A DNA stretch of 64,000 bases from a virus: the IMG/VR virus record IMGVR_UViG_3300033120_000335, positions 5,024-69,023 of that record, one strand, 5' to 3'. Of this stretch, positions 11,101-20,689 are shown in pieces. The notes beneath the pieces were generated by a model that did not search any database, was not told the origin of the DNA, and saw nothing but the letters and a program-made list of their open reading frames with translations. The translations under genes and the position numbers were made by a program. Numbering within the stretch: the first letter of the stretch is position 1; every line of letters starts with the position of its first letter.

Positions 11101-11738
11101 TTGGACAAACCAGACTTCAAATTCTCCAAACTGCTTTGAAGCTTCTCGTTGAAATCATCAGCCCCTTGTGAGGCATCTCGACGAAAAGATTTCATGAAGT
11201 CCGAAGCGCGCTCAGAACCTCGAATCATCTGTTCTGTAGCCCTGTCCAAGGACTTCGCGATTTTCAAGTGCTCTTGATTGATGGTGTCAAGCTCCTTGCT
11301 GACCTTCTGAAGGCTCGCAACAGACCCCTCCTCCATCAACTTCTCTGCCTCTTGAGCACTTCGAATCCTCTCCTGTAGGAGGTCTCTCTCGGCCTTCTTT
11401 CTACGTTCGGTAGAAGCCTTGAGGTTCTTCTCTGAGAGAGTCTGTTCAAGACTTGCGAGCTTCTCCGTCATTGCTCGTGTCTTTTTAGCTGTCTGTGCAG
11501 CGAACTTCTCCCGACCCTCCACTACTTCTGCGAATTTCTTCTCAGACTCAAGACGCTTCTTCTCGAACTTCTTCAAAGCTGCCATTTGAGCTGAGAAGGT
11601 GTTCGTTGCAATCCCTTTCTGAATTGCAGATCCAATTAGATCAGCTGACTTCTCGCCTGCTTTTTTTGAAGCACGAACAAGGTCCGAAAAGTCAGCGGAA
11701 ACCCTAACTACATGGTCGTTTTGCGAAGTCTTAGCCAT
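8097..11738 (-). CDS. Tail tape measure protein
   Basis: 1213 aa, Ala/Gly-rich and helical, N-terminal coiled coil, hydrophobic segment (GVLAGSIGGVLLVLAPLVVAFGAFAGLMY); canonical position after tube and chaperones. Confidence 0.85.
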   Translation of the reverse strand: MAKTSQNDHVVRVSADFSDLVRASKKAGEKSADLIGSAIQKGIATNTFSAQMAALKKFEKKRLESEKKFAEVVEGREKFAAQTAKKTRAMTEKLASLEQTLSEKNLKASTERRKKAERDLLQERIRSAQEAEKLMEEGSVASLQKVSKELDTINQEHLKIAKSLDRATEQMIRGSERASDFMKSFRRDASQGADDFNEKLQSSLENLKSGLSNVDIGSMLSSGAGSLGKNLGGLSEVAAGLAASGGAMGVLAGSIGGVLLVLAPLVVAFGAFAGLMYGIDKDVKEFNKSAVTAFGTRSVANLGMGNMREGLTVLRHVTQDLNKTLGLTSEEAMGVFDALDSGGVSMAQLTRGAMDATSKEKALGDVLTHTAATAKSLGIGVNEFAGNLAEYTDTLAFSLENVSDQFSNISKQAQEAGFSTRRFYSLITQATAGQASLNTHLDTTAELLVRMSKVLGEKAAGETLGGAAGSFKDTGTQERYKTIMTTGSGRTQDTIEKAATSAARTFARDFAAGGTSDAVSKAIKDAGLNFDTKNLEGAGGASYDENSTKGLVKQLGGMTREGQSELIAAVRAGDPDMARRLEQLVSLSRGTSGSMADMSDALSSLDPGATIAMKLQSAMAILGRPLNELSGVQRMAAESITGLSGAEFERYQALAADSEGRFSIMQRYLENVESLSDAQLDQMAEQYGATIENGKIVAARVEDGVVVTGAEITSGMDLLTASVERGDAETNAAVSEELSLAQDAFDETVTISDILQNEITQYLRGIYEDVGLPMIDMIGDLLNISGSGKSRSERNAARDFQGSLTKGISESNREKSAANRTVTKLERKQATGGTLSPDEAASLADARVTMEAADAAIAASTSALEALSRGDTSALRTTEYRTERGVSMSRASAESLGGPIEEREVAVSGSVAAGNIRSKAASDVFRRHQQQSGGAAPTSPVVAASTVPSPVSVAPPVAPSVAGPTATATTSASEDAADLVTQPIVAAHEEATAVVAEEASSTRAVMETEGEASRKHLDKILTKDMKLGNALARSNLPDAIVAAQVKQQIASLALASGLNGEDAAKAVAEYMESGTVSKALSERLGTLDETGRRDLSGLAGSLGMRLGGGMDGTGLQVLDGRRRLTGSDGPEMGEEVNDFIYQGDGIRGTITPIDPADTFVGSKPGGALDRAGGGGGGAVSISIYGGDERRIFDVVKRVLRETGLGAGRVTSRA

Positions 11739-12933
11739 CTAGGGTGGGTTTCCGGTTGGAGATGAGATCGTTGAGAGAGGGAGCCTCTTCTTGAGTGGGG
11801 TTGATAGAGGGATTCCGAGGGACAACCTTTCCCCCTTGAACACCCAAAACACCAGGGTCTGGAGCATCTCTCAAGTATCGGTTGAATGTCCTTGCCACAG
11901 GACTCGCCTCGACAATGAATCGTGCACCAGGTTTCTCCCCCTTAGGACGAAGCTTTGCGAGTTGTTCTGGGGTGTACCCAACAACCAAAGGCTTTGAAGC
12001 CCCCAGAGTAGCCTCCTGACGAGCCCTATTCTCGGCCGCTCTCTCAAGAGCTAGTTGAGATTCAGACTCTTGAGTCTCAACTCCAACACGTACCTTGTCC
12101 TTGTAGTCCTCAACAACTTGGTCGTGGAAGTCAAGTTCTCCAGAGACCCACCTACGCATCTCCTCCGACAATTCTGCTGCTGTCCGAGGCTGATGTATCT
12201 TGTAGGCTGGGTTGACTCCCTCTTCAGCCTCCTTGAAGATACCCAAGATTTTGTGGAATGCTGTGTCCTGAACTTCAGAACGACGAGTCTTCTCGGACTC
12301 AAGTCTTGCCTTGTCCTTCGCATCCAGCTTCTTAGCTGACTTGGATGACTGAACCGAGACAAGGACCTTAGTCAGACTCCATGAGTAGTCGTCATCCAAA
12401 CGGTCGTCTTCGGCTCTATTCCACTGAACCCAACTAGACTGAAAGGAGTTCAAGCCCAGTCGTTCCACCCCTGGGAGACCCGCCTGAGACGCGAGAGTAT
12501 GCGTGCCGTTGTTGGTCGCCTTCCACAACCTTCGAGATTCCTCTTCGTACAAGAAGGATTCAAAGACGGTGTTTGAATCTCGCATCCGACGAAAGAAACT
12601 GAGAGCCTGAGCAAAAATTGCTCGAACAACAGACTTGTGGGAAGCCTTCAAAATCTTCAGTACGACAGACTGGCTGTATGGCCAACCCTCCAAAAAGGGC
12701 ATACCATCTACCATCCACACACTTGCGGCTGCGATGTGGTATGGCCAATCTGGACCTCCATCTTTTGCTGCTGCTCGCAAAAACCCCATGTCGTTTGAGG
12801 ATAGGGACCTCAAACCCAAAGTCAAACCGCCAACCTGAAGACGTGTTGTGAGAAAACCAGGAACTATCAGAGGTACCAAGTCCTTGTAGATGGGTGCCCT
12901 CTGTTCCTTTGTTGTAGAGGGAGGCACTAGCAC
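11731..12933 (-). CDS. Putative tail assembly chaperone
   Basis: Synteny between tube and tape measure genes. Confidence 0.5.
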   Translation of the reverse strand: MLVPPSTTKEQRAPIYKDLVPLIVPGFLTTRLQVGGLTLGLRSLSSNDMGFLRAAAKDGGPDWPYHIAAASVWMVDGMPFLEGWPYSQSVVLKILKASHKSVVRAIFAQALSFFRRMRDSNTVFESFLYEEESRRLWKATNNGTHTLASQAGLPGVERLGLNSFQSSWVQWNRAEDDRLDDDYSWSLTKVLVSVQSSKSAKKLDAKDKARLESEKTRRSEVQDTAFHKILGIFKEAEEGVNPAYKIHQPRTAAELSEEMRRWVSGELDFHDQVVEDYKDKVRVGVETQESESQLALERAAENRARQEATLGASKPLVVGYTPEQLAKLRPKGEKPGARFIVEASPVARTFNRYLRDAPDPGVLGVQGGKVVPRNPSINPTQEEAPSLNDLISNRKPTLDG

Positions 12934-12944
12934 CTACCTATGGT

Positions 12945-14228
12945 TCAGGACTTCGTTGGTGTGAATCTCGGGTTTCCACGCACAGGAGCTGGAGCAACAG
13001 GCCTCACAGGATCCACCGCCTTACCCCGAGCACCGATATTTTGAGTTGGCATTTTGTAAACCTCAATGCCATCACGCTTACCTACAAGAGACGGTTGCTC
13101 AACAGGTTGAAGTGATTCTGCAACTTGCCTTGCATTCATATGGGGGGGAGTCCTACCATGTCTCCGCATCTCTATGATGCGTTGAGTCTCAGCCTCCACG
13201 GCCTTATCAAGGCTGTCAGGATCGTTTGTATCCACCATCGAGGATACAACATCTGACAGATCGTCTCTGTTCTCCATGGGATCAGGAAGAGGGCGAGATG
13301 CTGCCACCTGAGGAAGAGGGCGAGATGCTGCCACCTGAGGAAAAGGGCGAGATGCTGCCACCTGAGAAGGAGGAGAGACCTTGCCAGGTTCCTTGACTCG
13401 ATCAAAAACTGAGGACCTTGGTGGAGAAGGAGAAGGTGGAGATGAAGCCTCCTCCCCATCCACATCCGTCATATACTCCTCACCATCCTCACTAGCCGCC
13501 ATCTCTTCTTTCTCGTCAGAGTCCTCTGAGATAGTGCGGACCACATCCGAAGGTACGACCACAGTCGTAGACTCTTCAGGTACTGACCTCTGAGTCTCAG
13601 AAGTCTCTCTAGTTGCTGGTTTCTTTGAGGCACCTGTAGAGGAAATCAAAACTTTCTCTCGATTGGATGTGCGGCTATCTGTCTCAGATAGAGACATACG
13701 CAACTTCTCCTCCTGAAGTTCACGTATCTGGTCTTGCAGCCTCGAAATCTCGGTGTCGTAATCAACGGGTTCAAACTCGATCAAACCCTCAACTTCCTTT
13801 TCGACCTTGGAATGAAGTTCGCCAAACTTCCGGTAAACGGCAACTACCATTTGACGGCTCCAGCCGCCACTACTAATCAGACGTTGGATAGCCTCGTGTT
13901 TTCGTAGTTTTACACTCGTCCCATTTGCGAGCTTCTCACCTGTCTCAACCACTTCCACATCGCGAAAATCCAAATCACCAATCTGGACAATAGAGTAGCC
14001 TAGAGAAGCTGTACGAAAACGATCCAAATACTCAAGAGCATTGATCTGATCGTTCAGGTCCCCCTCAGACAAAACTGAGCGAGCAAACCTCTGAACATCA
14101 ATCTCCTCATCTGGTGCGAGTGCCCGAAGAGTGATTTGGACACCCATCACCTCAAATGAGGACTCTCCCTTCCCGATTTCGGAAAGTGGGGCCATTTCTT
14201 TTTTGAGGTCTTCAAGGGTAATTCTCAC
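12945..14228 (-). CDS. Putative tail assembly chaperone with low-complexity C-terminus
   Basis: Immediately downstream of tube; ITLRALAPDEEIDV N-terminal domain; Pro/Ser-rich tail with tandem repeat. Confidence 0.55.
   Translation of the reverse strand: MRITLEDLKKEMAPLSEIGKGESSFEVMGVQITLRALAPDEEIDVQRFARSVLSEGDLNDQINALEYLDRFRTASLGYSIVQIGDLDFRDVEVVETGEKLANGTSVKLRKHEAIQRLISSGGWSRQMVVAVYRKFGELHSKVEKEVEGLIEFEPVDYDTEISRLQDQIRELQEEKLRMSLSETDSRTSNREKVLISSTGASKKPATRETSETQRSVPEESTTVVVPSDVVRTISEDSDEKEEMAASEDGEEYMTDVDGEEASSPPSPSPPRSSVFDRVKEPGKVSPPSQVAASRPFPQVAASRPLPQVAASRPLPDPMENRDDLSDVVSSMVDTNDPDSLDKAVEAETQRIIEMRRHGRTPPHMNARQVAESLQPVEQPSLVGKRDGIEVYKMPTQNIGARGKAVDPVRPVAPAPVRGNPRFTPTKS
13284..13364. repeat. 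3 x 27-bp coding tandem repeat (QVAASRPLP)
   Basis: aggaagagggcgagatgctgccacctg repeated three times with one mismatch. Confidence 0.95.
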
Positions 14229-14276
14229 GGGGTTTCCTCCAAGAGTCAGTCTAGGACTCTGTTGACTCTACCCACC

Positions 14277-14314
14277 AAAAGGAAAAGAGGAGCCCATTTT
14301 GAACTCCTCTTTCC
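14277..14314 (-). terminator. Intrinsic terminator after the tail tube gene
   Basis: Inverted repeat ggaaaagaggag...ctcctctttcc with a T-tract on the minus strand. Confidence 0.75.
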
Positions 14315-14333
14315 TCAAGACATTGATTCAGGA

Positions 14334-15110
14334 TTAGGCGAGCGCGCCTACACCACCAGCTGCTCCACCATAACGGATTGACGACAACTGATCGACAGTA
14401 GGATCGTTTCCCGAGGGGAGAAATTCCCCATAAAGGCTGGCAAAGTCGTGAACGTCAGAGACGATGATGTCTCCGGACTCCATGATTTGACCCGCGTCCT
14501 GCGTGTACGTAGCACTCCACGATGTGAACCAACAAGCCTCGTACATTGTGATGACGGCTGAGTGTCCTTGTGTTGCTGCGTAGGGAGAAGGATCTGGAAG
14601 GGTAGTGCTTGGGTAAGCTACCTTCTGCACACCACCACCATAGCCACGTGCTGCACCTGTACGTCCGACGTTCGCCACACCAAGTTCACTGTCCGCCAAT
14701 GACGAGAAAACCAACTGGTGTTCAATGTCAAATGGCCAACGGTGATGAGCCAGAGATCGAACAGGGCCATCAACACCGCCCGCGTACCCTGTAGCTTGCC
14801 ACATGTTCGAGAGGTACAGAAGAGCACGTTCGATGCTGCCTGTCACAGGCTCTGTCACGGACGGGACGAGTTCGGCAATCATGTCACCAAACCCAATTCC
14901 ACGTACCGCATCAACGTTACGGCTTTGGCTGGGTGAGAAGCTTGACACTACTCCCATTTGGAATAGAGCCTTGGTCCCTGACCCATAGGCCGGAGCAAGA
15001 AGACGTACCTTTTGGGAAACGGCAACGCGGGTATTTGGCGAAGTGCCAAAGTCGTAAAGGTAGCTGGATCCCTGGGTTCCGTTTGCGGGCTGAAGGTCTG
15101 AGTTGGCCAT
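14334..15110 (-). CDS. Tail tube protein
   Basis: Follows sheath; GVVSSFSPSQSRNVDAVRGIG, PFDI and YEACWFTSWSATY motifs typical of contractile-tail tube proteins. Confidence 0.8.
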   Translation of the reverse strand: MANSDLQPANGTQGSSYLYDFGTSPNTRVAVSQKVRLLAPAYGSGTKALFQMGVVSSFSPSQSRNVDAVRGIGFGDMIAELVPSVTEPVTGSIERALLYLSNMWQATGYAGGVDGPVRSLAHHRWPFDIEHQLVFSSLADSELGVANVGRTGAARGYGGGVQKVAYPSTTLPDPSPYAATQGHSAVITMYEACWFTSWSATYTQDAGQIMESGDIIVSDVHDFASLYGEFLPSGNDPTVDQLSSIRYGGAAGGVGALA

Positions 15111-15155
15111 TTGGTCTCCTACAGGTAGTACCTGTGTATTCTAACAGTGGGGTAT

Positions 15156-15171
15156 ATAGAGGGGGAAACGA
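15156..15171 (-). promoter_or_regulatory. Putative phage late promoter, TCGTT-N7-CTAT
   Basis: Minus strand TCGTT TCCCCCT CTAT upstream of the tube gene; same spacing recurs in several intergenic sites. Confidence 0.65.
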
Positions 15172-15501
15172 CTACGACCTAAGACCTAGAAGGGATCTGA
15201 GTGAACCCAAGTAGGTGTTGATTTCAGCAGAGGCCTTCTCCAGGAGGTCTTTGGCAAATACAAGATCAGCACCAGATCTCTCAGGCGCAGCCTCCATGAT
15301 GTCCACCACCTCACGAAGGTTCACGTAGGCTCCCTTCAGCTTGACAACCTTCTTGCTCAAACGCTCACGTTCGATAACTGCAAGTGCTGCCCAAGGGATA
15401 CTCGCTTCTTTGCGATGAGTAAGAAGTGGAAGCAAGACTTCTCGATATTCTGGTTTGGTGTGAGCCAAACGGATTAGATCTGATCTGAGTTTTCTGTCCA
15501 C
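15172..15501 (-). CDS. Small protein carrying the N-terminal LRS..IRLAH..P...LLPLL tag
   Basis: LRSDLIRLAHTKPEYREVLLPLLTHRKEAS; sits between sheath and tube with its own promoter motif. Confidence 0.75.
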   Translation of the reverse strand: MDRKLRSDLIRLAHTKPEYREVLLPLLTHRKEASIPWAALAVIERERLSKKVVKLKGAYVNLREVVDIMEAAPERSGADLVFAKDLLEKASAEINTYLGSLRSLLGLRS

Positions 15502-15515
15502 CCCAAACTAAGAGT

Positions 15516-15531
15516 ATAGGAACCGTAACGA
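15516..15531 (-). promoter_or_regulatory. Putative phage late promoter, TCGTT-N7-CTAT
   Basis: Minus strand TCGTT ACGGTTC CTAT. Confidence 0.65.
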
Positions 15532-15566
15532 GAAAGGCCCCTAGAGATTTCTCTCTGGGACCTCTC
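15532..15566 (-). terminator. Probable terminator after the sheath gene
   Basis: Imperfect hairpin gaggtcccagaga...tctctaggggcctt followed by a short T-tract on the minus strand. Confidence 0.55.
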
Positions 15567-15588
15567 AATCGAATCAGGGCGGAATCCC

Positions 15589-18500
15589 TTACACGTTGTT
15601 CTGAGCCGAGACGCGGAACGTCATCTGGATGTACAACAGTGGGAACACAGGAACGTAGAATGCTTCTACGAGTACGGCTGTTGGATCCTCAGGGTCCACA
15701 ACAACAGAGATTCCAGTGAAGGATGTGATGACCTGTTCTTGGACGGCTTTCTTGAAGGCCTCTGCGAGACGGCCTTCAATTTGACCCAGGATCTGAGGCA
15801 GGAACTTGACACCAACAAAGGGATCAAGAACTGCACGAGCCCGTTGCTGCATGTCATCAGCAATCTGGATGACAGTTGGGGTCTGTGTGAGCTTATTGCT
15901 CATATCCGAGGTCAGACCATGACGAACCCTGAGGAACGGAAGACGATCCTCAATGACTGTCACACCTGTTGCAGCCACCTGATTTGCAGCCACCGCATCA
16001 AGACGACGCGAGAGGGATGTGAAACCAGAGAGAAGACGTCCTGTCCATGGTGTTGCAGAGTCAATGGAAGGGGATGTCGTAGAAGCGGCTAGCGCTACTG
16101 CAAGGTATCGACCATCGACGAGATAGTCCTTGCTGTTCCCAAGGACATCAGTGAGCGTGAGCGTGATGATGTCTGGGTAGACAAAGCGAACACGCGTAGA
16201 TCCAGTTGCTTGCGCAATGGCCTTTGCCTGTGCGGGCTGAGTTCCAGAAGCATAACCAAAAATGGCTGTGCGTTCGGCCCTGTATCGAATCGAAGACTGG
16301 ACATCACAGTGGATGGCCATGGCTCGCGCAAGAACCTGTGTAGCTGGAGTCAACAACACAAGAACTGTGGGCAGTCGGTTGTTGGGGAGAGATGCTCCCT
16401 CCAAAGCAACCAAAGCGTCCAAATAGGACTGTTCACTAGCCTGAGAGGAACCTGTCTGCTTTCGAACCTGGTAGGCAGCAAAAACGGGGGAACCGTTCAT
16501 GAATGCCAGGTACGCAGCAAGGGACAGGGGGTTGTCAGGGCTCACAGGCCCATATTCAGCTGTAACCTCAGACAAACGTCCAAACAACTTCGGAGTGAAG
16601 TCTTGCTTCTCGTATGTGTACGAGACGTAGTAGACCTGTCCGATCGATGGCTCATCACCAGTCTTCTTGAAGGTCTCAACGAAAGCAGTGTCACCCAGAG
16701 CCACACCACTTGTGTTTGTGACAACCAATTCGAGACCTGGAATGGCCAGAGTTGGGATGTTGCCATCTGTCGTGAATGTGCGACTCACACGGAAAGTGAG
16801 TGTGGCATTCGAGCCTGTGGGGTATGGCAGACCACCCTCACGAGGAAGGATGGTGAAGACAAGGCCAGAGACCTCGTCGTAGTACGTCTGACCAACAACA
16901 CCATCCTGACCAGTGCCGCTGTTGAGGACCGAGGTGTTTGCCGAGCCTGACCCAAGAGCTGGGTTGGAACTCGTAACAAAGAACCCGTCTACCGTGTTCT
17001 CACCAGAGGCACCATCAGCAGCTGTGATCAGAAGCTGTGTTCCTGTGACAAGAGCGTTGTTCGATGTTGCATTGCTGAAATCGATGGAGGACCCAATCCC
17101 AAGAGTCAAACTCTGAAGGTACAGGAAGACGTTTCCTGTGCTGTCCGTCTCGATACCTGCAAGTGCACGACCCGCAAAGTACAGAGCATCTGGAGTCGCA
17201 AATGCAAGCATGGCTGTAGCAAAAGCTCCAGCTGCTTGAGATTGACCCATGAGAGCCGAAGCCATCTTTCGAGCACTCACTCCCGTTGGGGCCGCAGAGT
17301 CATCTTCTGCAAACCCAAGGGTGTCATTCGCACTGCCTGCACCAATCACAAGAGTTGCGGAGGGACCTACGCCACCACCAACAAGACGTATAGCAGTGCC
17401 TTCTTGTCTCACAGATACTGAACCAGTCAAACCAGCATCAAAGATTGCTGAAGCAATTTGACCGAGTACAGAATCTGCCACAGAAACAGGACCAAAAGCA
17501 GTGTTAAGACCTGCACCTAGGGCCGCAAACACAACCGTGACCAAGCTTCCACCAGCAGTGAAAGTCAGGAGGTTGTTTGCAGGGTTGCTTGGGTCTGATC
17601 CATCAAAGAACACGACATTCGCTTGACCATCACGTGCGTCACCATAGGTGGCAATGGCTTGACCACCAGACCACCCTGTATAAGCAACAAGGGTTGGAGC
17701 CTTCACGTTTGCGCCATAAACAGCTTCAGCTGTTTGACCATTCAGAAGTCCTGACTTCACAGACCCAGTACCTCCCTGAAGAGTGATACCAGTCTGAGAA
17801 AGCACATGGTTTGCGGCCAAGGAACTTCCACCAGGGAAGATACGATTGCGTAGGATGATTCGATCGTAGGGGAGACGTCCCGCTGTGGTGGCTACAGTGT
17901 AGCGACGAGCGATTGGACCATTGTAGATCTTGGTCTGATCGCCATTCGTAGCCACAGCTGTGTCAATACCTGCGATGACTGCAAAGTCTCTTCCCGGAGC
18001 ACCAGATGTGATGAACTCCAGATAACCAGCCCCATCTCCAGCTCCAAGAGCTAGAGTGAATCGGATCTGACCTGAAGCCAGAGCAGAAGCTGTCACAACA
18101 CCAACCAAGTTGGCACCACCATTGATTGTGGCCAGCTGAGTGTTGATCTGGGTTACAAGAGCACCTAGTGAGGCATAGGAACCTGGAGAAAGTGTGATCG
18201 TCTGATTGCCAGATGGACCACTCACATCACCCGTGTAGTGAAGGATGAGCTGATCGTACTCAGAAAGTGTGACAGTGTAGGATGTGAACTGCCCTGCACC
18301 ATCATAACGAGGCTCATTTCCAACCTGAATCGCAGCAGCATTGATCGCAGTAACAAAGGTATCTGCGGTTGCCCCAACCACTGTCCCTGTTGAGATTGTG
18401 AGTGGGACGCCATCAACAACCATGTTGAGAGTGTCATCCACGCCGGATGTGAGATTGTAGGCGGTTTGACCCGAAGCTGAGGAGTACGTGATCTCCTCAC

Positions 18501-20544
18501 CAAGGAGATGTGCAAAGGCACCAGCTCTTGTCCCACCTGTTGGGGAAGACAAGTCAATTCCTGCGGCAAGGCCTGTGTTTGCAGCAACCCCATCAAACGT
18601 AACCCTCAAGCGATCTGAGGTGTTGTCGATTGTGTAGAAGAGTTCTGGACCAGAATTCGTGAAGCGTGCTGGTGTTGCATCACTTGTGGCGAATTCGACA
18701 GTGACTGTCTCTTCAACTGGAGCCCCTCCCTCAATACGAGCATCTGGAAAGAATTCGCTGCCTGAAGGGAAAACAATCTGGACTGTGGTAAGATCCGAAC
18801 CCTTAGCTGAGAGGGAAGCCCCAAACAACTGAGTTCCAGATCCACTTTGAAGGGAGTACGTTCCGATTCCACCAGGACCTGCTGTCAAACATGACAACGT
18901 GTATGCGCGGCTCGAACCGATGTTCGCCATGTCTACAAGCGTGTTGTAGTAGAACGAAGCATAGACGCTTGCGCCTTCAGGCACCGAAGATGCCAGAGTG
19001 ATCTGCGAAGTCGTGCTGTCCACCTTGAGGACAGTCACAGGACCACGAGCTAGAGCATCCTGAACACCAAAGCCCCAGTAGGCTGTGATGAGGTCTGGCC
19101 TTGTGGTTGGGAGGTCCGAACGACCATTGGACACAGTCAGGAAAAGAGCAGAACCCAGAGGATTGCCACGTCCATTCCCTGTTGTCGGCTGGTATGGCAG
19201 CTGGAACACCGAACGACTCGCCACAGCCACAGCACCCGTGTTGTCCACAGTAGCAGTACATGGTGCCATGTAAACCTGATTGTCTACAAGCATCGTCTGA
19301 ATCTGAGCATCACCAAGTGTGACACTCCCCTCAGTGTGTGTACCCGAGGTGATCAGAGCTGCGGTCCCCCAAACAATGACATCTTCCTTCAGGACAAAGG
19401 ACACACCCTGAATGAACCGGCCAGCAGTAGACCCATCAGGTGTGAGTCCAACACTTGTGATCGACTGAACCCCAATGTTGGCCAGGTAGTCAAAGGTGTC
19501 CTGCCAGGTGTTGAAGTAGTATCGTACAGTGACTACAGAGCCAAGCGCAGGAGCGAATGGAAGCGTGAAGCTGCGCGCAGCTCCATTCACTGAAGATGGG
19601 ATAACCTGCACACCATCCACAAGAACCACAATGTCGGATGGGTTGGTGGTTGTGAGACCACCCCCAGAACCATCAACAAGAGGACCTTGGAAGGTGTAGA
19701 ACGTACGGTTGCGCACCGTTGCAGCGTTTGGTACAAAACCAAGTGTCGTGTTTGCAGTCCCAGTCCCAATCACAATCGACTTTGCAGCCGTGAGTCGGAG
19801 ACAAACAAGACCAAGGTTGTTCACGTATGTGGACGCAACTAGAGTCCCAATTCCAGAGGTCCCATTGATTGTTGCAGCTACAACAGCAGCTGTTACAGTA
19901 GGAGCCGAAGAAGGAAGGATGATGGTGACGAAAGCAAGGTTGTCGATTGACAAGGAGAAACGGTCATTGGAACCTGCAACAAATGCAAAGTTCTGACCAG
20001 CCTGACCATCAATGACAGCTGCTGAGTTCGTCACTTGATCTGACACATCATCTGTGGTCAAAGTGTCAGTGCGATCGAAGAAGTAGGTGCAACTCACAAC
20101 ATCTGTGGGTTGTGGCGCTACAGCCATCTCAACAATGCCTCTTGCAGCATCGATCCCAAGAACTACAACAGGGAACCCGTTGATACGGCACTGGACAGAA
20201 GATGTATCTGTAGCCAGAGTTCCTGTACCATCACCAGACACGAGAGGCAGATTTCGGACCTGAAATCTCGTGAGAACACCATCAAAAGCACCCAAGGTGA
20301 CCAAGCCACTTGGAGACACATCTACAACAGCCCGCCCAGACTCATCCTCATCCACAACCTGTTGGTCAATGGTGCTGGAAGACCCTCGCACAACTGGAAG
20401 GTTTGTGCGGCTCAAAATCTCAGTGCCTGTACCAACAAACACTGGAATGCGAGAAGGGATATTGGGAGGTGTTGCGGGAACCCCAAAGAAAGTTTGGGTG
20501 TATGGACCCGGAGGGGCATATCCGCCACGAAGTAGACTCGGCAT
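15589..20544 (-). CDS. Tail sheath protein (very large, with internal insertions)
   Basis: N-terminal YAPPGPYTQT...IPVFVGTG; C-terminal sheath motifs LRVRHGLTSD and DPEDPTAVLVEAFYVPVFPLLYI; precedes tube. Confidence 0.9.
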   Translation of the reverse strand: MPSLLRGGYAPPGPYTQTFFGVPATPPNIPSRIPVFVGTGTEILSRTNLPVVRGSSSTIDQQVVDEDESGRAVVDVSPSGLVTLGAFDGVLTRFQVRNLPLVSGDGTGTLATDTSSVQCRINGFPVVVLGIDAARGIVEMAVAPQPTDVVSCTYFFDRTDTLTTDDVSDQVTNSAAVIDGQAGQNFAFVAGSNDRFSLSIDNLAFVTIILPSSAPTVTAAVVAATINGTSGIGTLVASTYVNNLGLVCLRLTAAKSIVIGTGTANTTLGFVPNAATVRNRTFYTFQGPLVDGSGGGLTTTNPSDIVVLVDGVQVIPSSVNGAARSFTLPFAPALGSVVTVRYYFNTWQDTFDYLANIGVQSITSVGLTPDGSTAGRFIQGVSFVLKEDVIVWGTAALITSGTHTEGSVTLGDAQIQTMLVDNQVYMAPCTATVDNTGAVAVASRSVFQLPYQPTTGNGRGNPLGSALFLTVSNGRSDLPTTRPDLITAYWGFGVQDALARGPVTVLKVDSTTSQITLASSVPEGASVYASFYYNTLVDMANIGSSRAYTLSCLTAGPGGIGTYSLQSGSGTQLFGASLSAKGSDLTTVQIVFPSGSEFFPDARIEGGAPVEETVTVEFATSDATPARFTNSGPELFYTIDNTSDRLRVTFDGVAANTGLAAGIDLSSPTGGTRAGAFAHLLGEEITYSSASGQTAYNLTSGVDDTLNMVVDGVPLTISTGTVVGATADTFVTAINAAAIQVGNEPRYDGAGQFTSYTVTLSEYDQLILHYTGDVSGPSGNQTITLSPGSYASLGALVTQINTQLATINGGANLVGVVTASALASGQIRFTLALGAGDGAGYLEFITSGAPGRDFAVIAGIDTAVATNGDQTKIYNGPIARRYTVATTAGRLPYDRIILRNRIFPGGSSLAANHVLSQTGITLQGGTGSVKSGLLNGQTAEAVYGANVKAPTLVAYTGWSGGQAIATYGDARDGQANVVFFDGSDPSNPANNLLTFTAGGSLVTVVFAALGAGLNTAFGPVSVADSVLGQIASAIFDAGLTGSVSVRQEGTAIRLVGGGVGPSATLVIGAGSANDTLGFAEDDSAAPTGVSARKMASALMGQSQAAGAFATAMLAFATPDALYFAGRALAGIETDSTGNVFLYLQSLTLGIGSSIDFSNATSNNALVTGTQLLITAADGASGENTVDGFFVTSSNPALGSGSANTSVLNSGTGQDGVVGQTYYDEVSGLVFTILPREGGLPYPTGSNATLTFRVSRTFTTDGNIPTLAIPGLELVVTNTSGVALGDTAFVETFKKTGDEPSIGQVYYVSYTYEKQDFTPKLFGRLSEVTAEYGPVSPDNPLSLAAYLAFMNGSPVFAAYQVRKQTGSSQASEQSYLDALVALEGASLPNNRLPTVLVLLTPATQVLARAMAIHCDVQSSIRYRAERTAIFGYASGTQPAQAKAIAQATGSTRVRFVYPDIITLTLTDVLGNSKDYLVDGRYLAVALAASTTSPSIDSATPWTGRLLSGFTSLSRRLDAVAANQVAATGVTVIEDRLPFLRVRHGLTSDMSNKLTQTPTVIQIADDMQQRARAVLDPFVGVKFLPQILGQIEGRLAEAFKKAVQEQVITSFTGISVVVDPEDPTAVLVEAFYVPVFPLLYIQMTFRVSAQNNV

Positions 20545-20689
20545 GTTGTTTCGCTCGCTCCCGGAAAACGGGTGTGTGGGTCAAACCTCTCCGAAGTATT
20601 GAAGAGGAAACGAAAAGCAAGAGAGATGTGTGTGTTGGTACGTCTGATATGGCCACAACCCCATAGGGTTGGGATAGGGATGCCTCTAC

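Noticed and set aside
11731..14228. Programmed frameshift between tail chaperone ORFs
   Set aside because: The ORFs do not overlap, the second has a plausible own start, and no slippery heptamer was seen near the first stop
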